IMG/VR virus record: IMGVR_UViG_3300021425_002093
Span: 79,935-143,934 of that record
Origin: a virus
Direction: 5' to 3' (one strand)
Length of the DNA: 64,000 nucleotides
The notes beneath the pieces were generated by a model. It was not told the origin of the DNA. It ran no database searches and saw only the letters and a program-made list of their open reading frames with translations. Positions 47,643 to 55,305 of the stretch are shown in pieces. Both the position numbers and the translations under genes were made by a program. The first letter of the stretch is position 1. Every line of letters begins with the position of its first letter.

Positions 47643-49844
47643 TTATCCTTCTATCGCTAATATGTAGGGCGTCAACACAGCAAAAAGTGATCTATCGAAG
47701 GTCACACCCTCAATAATACCTGCGTCCCTGTTAATTAAAAGTTCTGATCCAATTCTGAAATCACCTTTGTGATCCGTACTTGTAAAGTACACTTGTCCAG
47801 CATTGTTATCGTCAAATACAATTTCGTTCGCTTGAATTGGAATCGCACCTGTTCTCGGAGTATTATAGAATACTTCAGTGCCTGTTCCTATATATTCAAA
47901 TGTAATCGAGCTAGCAACAATCAGACTTCTTTGGAAAAACTCCATTGTAGTCGAATCAACAATATCCTGATCCAAAGACTCAAGAAGCGTGAGTGTTGCT
48001 GTATCACCATCTACTATAATTGTTGTAATTGTCGAAATGCTCGTTGTCACAATAGATTGTGTTGCGGGATCAATCGCTAATGCATTGATTTGATCTCGAA
48101 GATAGTTAATAGCGTCAACAGTTTCAGCTTCTTGCTCATTTACTACAACCGATGCGTTTGCTCTCTGATACGATGCACCAGCAAGCGTAGAGTTATAATC
48201 TGTACCAAGCGCAAGATCTCGTATTACCGCATCAACAATCAAACCAACGTCTCGACTACACTTTGCTTCATCGTAATCAAGTGCTGGATATGTTGTGTTA
48301 ATATATGTAATCACGTCCGCTTGAAGTGTTGCTTTTGCCGCTAAGATTGTGTTATAATCTGTCAAATCTACACCAGTAAAGTCTGGATCGACAACGGCAG
48401 GAAGATTGTCAAGATTGCCTGCTGTAATTACATCGATAATAATATCAACTAAGGCTTCAACACGATTAGTCTCTGTCTGACTAGCGGCTGCAGCATCTGT
48501 GTTCTGACCCATTGCTAGTTCTTGAACGATTTGTCCAAGCAAAGTTTTCAAATATTCATATGAGTTAATTGTTGCAGTAACTTGATCTGCGGGTAACTGA
48601 CTAACCGCTCCAACAAAGTATGCCTGAGCAACAGAAAGGGTTGCTGTATTACCGCCATACAAAATATCATGAGTAAGTGCATCAACGATGTAATGAATAT
48701 CTCTCTTACACTTACCGATGTTATACTCGATTTCCGGATAGTTTTCTTCAATGTATCTGACAGTCTTTTCTGACGCAAATGTTCTATTGTTTTGAAGTTG
48801 CTGAGACGCATTTAATTCATTTACAGTAGAACCTGGTGCCGCAGGATATACAATGTTTTCAATTTCTTCTGTAACAAAAAGACCCGATGTGTTTTCTACT
48901 GTGTGATACTTGTCAATCCCCGCAAACTTAATAGCATCTCCGTATTTGGGTCGCTCTGTAACATCTTTTAACTCAATCACACTCGTTGTTGCTCTAGCCA
49001 GTCCAGACGAAGTGGCTGTATATATGACACCACTCGTACCTGTTGCTCTCAACCCGTAAGTACCGAATGAGCAGTTTGAGTTTGTTAGAGAGCAGAATCC
49101 ACCGTTTTCCGCTAGAATCCCATCTTCGCACGAAATCGTAAACTGAGATACAAGCTGAGCATATCCACGATTCAGAAGATGAACGCCAATTCCGCCAAAG
49201 TTGATATTAGTGTATGCATCAGCAACCATTGAACGAAGACCGGAACAGTGATTGCCGTCGATTCTCATTCCTGTTCCGGTAGTTGTAATTGAACTACAGT
49301 TTTGAACATAAGGAGATGTTCGAATCTCGCCTGCTGATCCGTCTGGATTAAACGATACAGCCGCTGAAGGAGACACATAGTCTCTAAACGTTACACCGGT
49401 GAAGTGAGATCCGTTATTTACATAAAAGAGATCGTTCGTTGACACTGAAGGACGAATATTTGTTGTGCGAAGATTGTCTCCGACAATCGCAACTCTTTCT
49501 GGGATGTTTACACCACCTGCGCTATTGTCTAGAACATGATCTCCGCTCTTTAGAAAAATAGTTGTGCCTGGTTGGGCAACTGAGAGTGCTTGGTTAATTG
49601 TTGCGAAAGCTTCTGCAAGAGTCGTTCCATTGTTATCCGTATCGCTTCCAGTTTTCGAGACGTATAAGACATTATCAGTTCTCTCCGCTAAGCCTACTTC
49701 TCTGACGCTAATAGTTCCATCTTTATCACGAGTAAAGTACATCTTGCCATCATGAGTGTTGATAGCAATTTCACCAGTATCAATCTGTGTTGTTGTTGGA
49801 ACCCTTCCAGCAATGTCGCTTCTTTTGTGTCTTATTATTGACAT
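47643..49844 (-). CDS. Fibre/spike protein: fibre-type N-terminus, pectin-lyase-like beta-helix, two inserted helical KCxRD domains
   Basis: 733 aa; HKRS..AGRVPT.....GEIAIN..DGK.Y; LYVSKTGSD...G.T...AFATI..AL; GDNLR; SPYVQNCSS; KCKRDIHYIVDA and KCSRDVGLIVDA. Confidence 0.8.
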   Translation of the reverse strand: MSIIRHKRSDIAGRVPTTTQIDTGEIAINTHDGKMYFTRDKDGTISVREVGLAERTDNVLYVSKTGSDTDNNGTTLAEAFATINQALSVAQPGTTIFLKSGDHVLDNSAGGVNIPERVAIVGDNLRTTNIRPSVSTNDLFYVNNGSHFTGVTFRDYVSPSAAVSFNPDGSAGEIRTSPYVQNCSSITTTGTGMRIDGNHCSGLRSMVADAYTNINFGGIGVHLLNRGYAQLVSQFTISCEDGILAENGGFCSLTNSNCSFGTYGLRATGTSGVIYTATSSGLARATTSVIELKDVTERPKYGDAIKFAGIDKYHTVENTSGLFVTEEIENIVYPAAPGSTVNELNASQQLQNNRTFASEKTVRYIEENYPEIEYNIGKCKRDIHYIVDALTHDILYGGNTATLSVAQAYFVGAVSQLPADQVTATINSYEYLKTLLGQIVQELAMGQNTDAAAASQTETNRVEALVDIIIDVITAGNLDNLPAVVDPDFTGVDLTDYNTILAAKATLQADVITYINTTYPALDYDEAKCSRDVGLIVDAVIRDLALGTDYNSTLAGASYQRANASVVVNEQEAETVDAINYLRDQINALAIDPATQSIVTTSISTITTIIVDGDTATLTLLESLDQDIVDSTTMEFFQRSLIVASSITFEYIGTGTEVFYNTPRTGAIPIQANEIVFDDNNAGQVYFTSTDHKGDFRIGSELLINRDAGIIEGVTFDRSLFAVLTPYILAIEG

Positions 49845-49889
49845 AATGTCTCTTTACCTGTATAATTGCTTTAGGCGCTAAAAAATGTA

Positions 49890-50591
49890 TTAATAGATTC
49901 CACCGTCAATATATGCTTCAAGTTCAGCTAATTGAGCAGTGTTGGGATCAGTCCCTGTAGTCCAGTAATCATTGTCTTCATCCCAAAAGAACGAGACATC
50001 AGGCTCAGCACCACGATTTACAATCAAGCCAGCGTCTTCGAAGGGAACAACTTGATTAGAAAGATCTTCATTCAGAGTGAAGAAAGGCCCAGTAAATAAG
50101 AAGTCATCAGCGTTGATTGTTCCACCAACAGTGATATCTCCTGTTAAGTTTAGCGTAGATGCTTCAATGTTTGTTGCTTTTACGTCTCCACCAACTTCGA
50201 GTTCAACAGTTGGGCTGAGATTATTAATCCCGACACGACCTTGAGAGTCTACGAGGAGTCTTGGAACACCTAATCCATCCGCTAAAACAACATTCCCACT
50301 TGACGATGAAATGTCAAGCCCATTAGAGTTTCCGTTGAAATTACCAATAATGACGTTGTTTGATCCAGTGACCGCTTGCCCAGCGTTATTTCCAATAGCA
50401 ATGTTATTTTGTCCAGAGACATTATTTGCTAGAGGAGATACGCCGTATACAAGATTGTTCGCAACTGGACCTTCACCAACAGTAATACCGTTGATTGTCG
50501 CATCCTGTCCGATAGTAACAGCCTGACTGATCGTTGCGCCATTATTGACAACAAGACCATTTTTTACAATAAAATCTTGAAACGTAGCCAA
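49890..50591 (-). CDS. Short fibre connector protein (TTG start)
   Basis: 233 aa; N-terminal DFIVKNGL; NNIAIG repeats; DAGLIVNRG...FFWDE; ends IDGGIY. Confidence 0.75.
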   Translation of the reverse strand: MATFQDFIVKNGLVVNNGATISQAVTIGQDATINGITVGEGPVANNLVYGVSPLANNVSGQNNIAIGNNAGQAVTGSNNVIIGNFNGNSNGLDISSSSGNVVLADGLGVPRLLVDSQGRVGINNLSPTVELEVGGDVKATNIEASTLNLTGDITVGGTINADDFLFTGPFFTLNEDLSNQVVPFEDAGLIVNRGAEPDVSFFWDEDNDYWTTGTDPNTAQLAELEAYIDGGIY

Positions 50592-50605
50592 GGTTCCCTC
50601 TCCCC
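50592..50605 (-). promoter_or_regulatory. Leader motif GGGGAGAGGGAACC directly before the TTG start
   Basis: Second copy of the 43640-43654 element. Confidence 0.6.
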
Positions 50606-50620
50606 GTTGACCTTATGAAT

Positions 50621-50628
50621 TATTTATA
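50621..50628 (-). promoter_or_regulatory. Late promoter TATAAATA overlapping the 135-aa stop codon
   Basis: GTA TAA ATA forms the exact consensus. Confidence 0.75.
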
Positions 50629-51031
50629 CTAAAACTTCTATTCGACTAAATTTAATTGAAGTTCCTACAAAAAGCGGGCTAACAAGAAGCCTTACTTCAT
50701 TTGAGTTTGTGTCAATATCTGCGTCAAAGGTGAACAATGGTTGTACAGGATCACTCAATATCTCACCGTAGACACTAATAAAAGTTTCAGTTCCGTCATG
50801 TGTAAGATTCAACTCCAGCACATGAATTTCGTTGTTGTATGTTCCTTGAATCGCATACTTAGCAAATCTAACTGTATTAAGATCAAAGGAATCGAGCACT
50901 TGATTAGGAAGAATATTTTCAGTTGTAAATCCACCATTATTAAGTCCAAGTCCACCACCGCTTGCTCCAGCGGTGTAGTTTGTTACGACAATATTCTTTC
51001 TTGGGGCTACTGTAGCTTTAATATTTCCCAT
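50624..51031 (-). CDS. Small structural protein with an HDG-type domain
   Basis: 135 aa; AKY.IQ......H..EL.LTHDGT...IS.YG, homologous by eye to the C-terminus of the 1209-aa protein. Confidence 0.7.
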   Translation of the reverse strand: MGNIKATVAPRKNIVVTNYTAGASGGGLGLNNGGFTTENILPNQVLDSFDLNTVRFAKYAIQGTYNNEIHVLELNLTHDGTETFISVYGEILSDPVQPLFTFDADIDTNSNEVRLLVSPLFVGTSIKFSRIEVLV

Positions 51032-51042
51032 TATAGCTTACC

Positions 51043-51375
51043 TTAAATTCTAGTGATACCCGGTGTAACTGTCACAACTCCTTCTACAACTCTTGTGATG
51101 TCTCCACCCAAAGAAGTCATCTCTACATCATATAGGTAACGACCGGGAACGATATCTACTGTCTGTGCAGAGTTTAATGCCAGCGTGATCTGACCCGTTG
51201 CTCCGGTTTGGGCGGCGCTGAATGTGATCGCTGTTGTTGACGCATAGTTTTTACGCATTTGTGCGGCAACTGTATATCCCGACAAATCAAAAACTTCGCC
51301 GTCGATATCTGTAACGTCAATAGTTGCTGAAAAATCTGTGCCTTGATCAACGACAAGATTTGCTTTGATAGCCAT
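51043..51375 (-). CDS. Small Ig-like virion structural protein
   Basis: 110 aa; NL.VDQG.DF, DLSGYT..AQMRK.Y, GRYLYDVE, TRVVEG.VTVTP.IT, a pattern I recognise from T4-like marine phages; GGAG SD. Confidence 0.75.
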   Translation of the reverse strand: MAIKANLVVDQGTDFSATIDVTDIDGEVFDLSGYTVAAQMRKNYASTTAITFSAAQTGATGQITLALNSAQTVDIVPGRYLYDVEMTSLGGDITRVVEGVVTVTPGITRI

Positions 51376-51401
51376 TGGGATCTCCTAAGTAATCATGATT
51401 A

Positions 51402-51413
51402 TATTTATAAATA
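51402..51413. promoter_or_regulatory. Palindromic bidirectional late promoter TATTTATAAATA
   Basis: TATAAATA on minus (51402-51409) and on plus (51406-51413), between divergent genes. Confidence 0.8.
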
Positions 51414-51446
51414 CAATAAACCTTTCATTTAACAAAATGGATTCCT

Positions 51447-53951
51447 ATGTCTAGAAAATATCAAAAGTTTGGATTGAGAGCAGATAAAAATTTAGCTGAT
51501 CTCTCGAATCCAATATCGGCTCTCACGAATCTGCTAGATAATATCTCAGTGTCCGGAGATGGATTTATTCCAGACGATTTGCTAATCATCGACGGACTGA
51601 GAAACACTGCGATTAGTCCAGATGACTTTCGAGAGCTAGATGGTAGAGTCGTAACATTTACTCGACTTTCAGATGGTGCTAATCTTCCAGTAACACCGCT
51701 TCTAAGAATCCAAGATTTCATTAGTAACTTCCAAACAATCTTTGGTGATCCACCATTTATTGGTGGAGGTGACGGATTTTTAGCAAACTTTGTTCCTTCT
51801 ACTCGGGTAACTCCAACAGCATCTGCAACAACAACTGGAAATAGTCAAGCAGTCGCTGTAACGGATAAAGACGATTTAGTCGGAACAGGAAATCTATTCT
51901 CGACTTATGTACCAGATCCCGCTGTAGAGCCAGGTCATCCATTTTTAAGACGAGATATTATTGGGCCAGAATTCTTTTGGGATAGAGGTATTTTTTCTTT
52001 TGATGGAAAGTTGCACCCAACATTTCCGGATGCATATGGTCTAATACAATGGACGGGATATATGTCCAGTGACTTCAGTTTCGTTTTTGAAACAACAGGT
52101 ATGTTTTTAGTAGAAGAAGATACCTTGAATGACGGTAACTGGATAACAAAGAAGAACATTTACGATCAAACACGAGAAATACCAATAGGTAATGTCACTG
52201 TCCAAACTGCTTATGATGGATCATCTACTGTCTTAAACTACGGAGATGATATTCGATACGTAGCTAGCGGAGATGTTATCACCACAAACCCAGGCGGTAC
52301 ATATGATCCAAACACAGAATATACTGTAACTGCAATTGATGAAGTCGCTCAAACAATCACCGTCGAAGGGGATCTTGATTTTGTTGGAGGGGGTGGAGGA
52401 CAGACAATTCTTTATCATTACTTCGAAGTTGGTATTCAAGAAGTTAGGACAGGAATAATTTATATCACTCGTCCGAGGCTTGGACAAAGAACCAAGATAA
52501 GATTGACTTACTGGTTCCCACGTCCATCTGAATTGTCAATTCGACCCGGCGAGACTCCGGCAACCGACAACAAAGTGTATCGCTCAAAGGTTTTACTTGA
52601 AGATCAAGGAAACGATGATAGATTTCCCTTTACTGACGTATACTCTATACCTGCGGGTAATCAAACTTTTAGTCAGTACAGCTACAAAGTATTCGAAGAC
52701 GTAAGAGCCCGGCCCATCAATCAAGACATGTCTGAGCAACTCGATGTAAACGGAGTTTTACTACTAGACTACACTCCACCCCAAACAGCGGCGGAAAAAA
52801 CACTGGGTGGAGTTTCAGTCACGCACAGAGGATTTGGGCGACTTGAATGTGCGACCGCTATCAACAGCGATATTAAAGAAGGCACTTGGATGCTAATTGA
52901 TCTTGGTCAAGGATCTAGTTATGTTTACCAGGTGTTCAGTGTGCAAGAAGATCCGATTACTGGGCTTGACATCGTTTACGTCGATACAGACGATACAAAT
53001 CCTACGTTCGGCCCGTTTGCGTTAGATGGGGTCTATGATGTTGTGTTTTTCGACAATGCAGGATTGATTGGTCTATACAATTACAATGGATCAACGGGTA
53101 GTGTCACTCAAATTACTGGAGGCCCGACTCCTTCGATTAGCGTTTCTGGAGATATTACTGGAACTTATACTCCGATTGAAAGAAACATGCTTGTTATCGG
53201 ATATGCTCAGACGGCATCAGCAGGAAGTATTGTTGCGGGATCTCCACTTGGACCTAATGCTACGCCAGATCCGAGTGATGTCGCAGGTGCTGTTACGATG
53301 ACAACTCCCGTAGACACAAATCTACCAGGTGTGTCTTCTTTCGGAACATCAACATACGTGGTTGCAGTTTACTCCAATGCGGGATTAAAAGATCAAACTG
53401 CTATCATTCCATGCGAAGGTGTATTAGGAAAAGAGTTGGTTGTAGCCTCGCCAGCTACATTCTTACCTTCGGGATCGTCAACTTTAACATTGACAGATAC
53501 TGCTGGCTTAACCAATGGTGATTACGTTCAATTTGGAGATGCAATTCCAGCAGCAAGTAATGTTACACTTACTGTTGTCAATGGTACTGATATTACGTTA
53601 AGCTCGCCCACTTCGGAAGATATTCCAACGAACGTGACTATCGTATTTATTAGTCAATCATTCAACCCAGGCGGACAATCAAAAGAGTTTTGTGTTATTC
53701 CACTAAACACAGCACCTCCTTTCGCTGGAACAAATACTGGACTCAGCACCACAGCATCTAATCCAAATTTAAAAGTGGGAACAAATAGTACAGACACCCC
53801 CGCAAACGTTGCGTGTAAACTAGCATTTAGTGAATTAGAAATTGATGATCCATCTGGTTCAACTGTAACACTTCTGGGAGGAACAACAACAGCGAATAAT
53901 GTTGTTCCTATCGAATATGAAGGCGCAACTTTTAATCTACTAATACAGTAA
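51447..53951 (+). CDS. Large hypothetical structural protein, the only credible plus-strand gene
   Basis: 834 aa; N-terminal FGLRADKNLADL....SAL.NL; IQWTGY (PA14-like, weak); CVIPLNTAPPFAGT; the opposite strand has no long ORF here. Confidence 0.85.
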   Translation: MSRKYQKFGLRADKNLADLSNPISALTNLLDNISVSGDGFIPDDLLIIDGLRNTAISPDDFRELDGRVVTFTRLSDGANLPVTPLLRIQDFISNFQTIFGDPPFIGGGDGFLANFVPSTRVTPTASATTTGNSQAVAVTDKDDLVGTGNLFSTYVPDPAVEPGHPFLRRDIIGPEFFWDRGIFSFDGKLHPTFPDAYGLIQWTGYMSSDFSFVFETTGMFLVEEDTLNDGNWITKKNIYDQTREIPIGNVTVQTAYDGSSTVLNYGDDIRYVASGDVITTNPGGTYDPNTEYTVTAIDEVAQTITVEGDLDFVGGGGGQTILYHYFEVGIQEVRTGIIYITRPRLGQRTKIRLTYWFPRPSELSIRPGETPATDNKVYRSKVLLEDQGNDDRFPFTDVYSIPAGNQTFSQYSYKVFEDVRARPINQDMSEQLDVNGVLLLDYTPPQTAAEKTLGGVSVTHRGFGRLECATAINSDIKEGTWMLIDLGQGSSYVYQVFSVQEDPITGLDIVYVDTDDTNPTFGPFALDGVYDVVFFDNAGLIGLYNYNGSTGSVTQITGGPTPSISVSGDITGTYTPIERNMLVIGYAQTASAGSIVAGSPLGPNATPDPSDVAGAVTMTTPVDTNLPGVSSFGTSTYVVAVYSNAGLKDQTAIIPCEGVLGKELVVASPATFLPSGSSTLTLTDTAGLTNGDYVQFGDAIPAASNVTLTVVNGTDITLSSPTSEDIPTNVTIVFISQSFNPGGQSKEFCVIPLNTAPPFAGTNTGLSTTASNPNLKVGTNSTDTPANVACKLAFSELEIDDPSGSTVTLLGGTTTANNVVPIEYEGATFNLLIQ

Positions 53952-55292
53952 TTAAGCAGATTGTAATAGCAAGTAGTAAAGTTCCCCGTTAATCGTAGCG
54001 GGGAGCTTGTGCGTGTAATCGTTGATATTAATTGTAGACACAGACACTACGCCAACTCCACTGTTGAAAATAAACTCTGGCTGATTTCCCGTAGTAGGTT
54101 TAAAGCTAAGCTTGTTAATCTGAACGTCAACAATATTAATACCATCAGCATCTTGTTCCGTAAAGAGCCTATCAGTAGCAACATTAGGACCAGGTGTCGG
54201 ACTTGGGTTATCCGCTCCCCAAGGATTTGACAAATCTGTAAACGCTTTAATTGCAGTGCCATCAATTCCTCGAATGAACAAACCAGGTGCTGCGGGATTC
54301 ACTATGTTGGCTGGAGGTGGACTTGGGTTCGATATTTCTAAGTTTATTCCACTAAAGTTTGCGAGAGAGATACTACCATCAAAAGTGACGTTTGCGTTTA
54401 AAAGAGTATCCTTATTTGTAATAGGAACTCGACCTCTCTTATATGCAAACAGAGAAATTCTTTCTTGAATATAGGCAATCTGCTCCCCTAGACTAAACTG
54501 ATCAAACAGCGATGTAGACCCAGTTGCTTCATTTTCACCGTCAGCGCCCGGTGCGCCTTCTTCATCGTCTTGACTATTACCTTCGAGAAATGCTACTCCA
54601 GTATCCGGTCGGGGCGTGTTTAAGTTAAACAGATCGCTTTGCGTAATAGAGTCTGATCGATTAATGTTTTTAAACGGCGCAGTCGGAACAAAGGGAAGAT
54701 CTGTTGTTGTATCGATCAGAGAAAATCGAGTAAGCGTATCAGAGTCAGTTGCTCGATATTTGTAAGTAAATTCATCTGCCTCACCCTCATTCGCATAGGA
54801 CACCAAAGTTCCTTCAGCGTATGGAACAATACCTTCTCCTATGATTACAATCTCACCATCTACGACTTCATAGTTGGGTGCATTAGGCCCAACGATTGTT
54901 CCTTCTCCAGAAGACGTTACAATATCTTGAGCGTCACCACCAGAAGTTCCCGCAACAGTCAAAGTAGTTTGTTGCGGCTGTCCACTGACAGTAAACGTCC
55001 CATCATTCAGACCGTCTACTGTTTCAGATATGACTATTGTGTCGCCATCATTGAGTACGAGGAAGTTTGCTGTATTTGATACGATTGTATTGGGTGCGGT
55101 AAAAACAAAATCAGTTACTGCAATCGTAGGACTCTCTACTGCTTTGATTGAACTAACAGCACGAAGATTTCCATCGAACAAAAGGATATCATTCGTGATA
55201 CCGCTTCCTCCTAAGTTATCAAGGATGCCTCTGTCCGAAGCGCCCGTGTCACTTTCAAAGAAGTTATTTTGTATTACAAATCCTTGAGCCAT
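53952..55292 (-). CDS. Hypothetical structural protein
   Basis: 446 aa; N-terminal GF....NF.E.....DRGILDNLGG.GI..DI..F; ends HKLPATINGELYYLLL. Confidence 0.75.
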   Translation of the reverse strand: MAQGFVIQNNFFESDTGASDRGILDNLGGSGITNDILLFDGNLRAVSSIKAVESPTIAVTDFVFTAPNTIVSNTANFLVLNDGDTIVISETVDGLNDGTFTVSGQPQQTTLTVAGTSGGDAQDIVTSSGEGTIVGPNAPNYEVVDGEIVIIGEGIVPYAEGTLVSYANEGEADEFTYKYRATDSDTLTRFSLIDTTTDLPFVPTAPFKNINRSDSITQSDLFNLNTPRPDTGVAFLEGNSQDDEEGAPGADGENEATGSTSLFDQFSLGEQIAYIQERISLFAYKRGRVPITNKDTLLNANVTFDGSISLANFSGINLEISNPSPPPANIVNPAAPGLFIRGIDGTAIKAFTDLSNPWGADNPSPTPGPNVATDRLFTEQDADGINIVDVQINKLSFKPTTGNQPEFIFNSGVGVVSVSTININDYTHKLPATINGELYYLLLQSA

Positions 55293-55305
55293 TTTCGTAT
55301 TCCGC

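Noticed and set aside
51447-53951. Invertase-controlled phase-variable segment explaining the plus-strand gene
   Set aside because: No flanking inverted repeats or recombinase visible; the dedicated palindromic promoter suggests a fixed arrangement.
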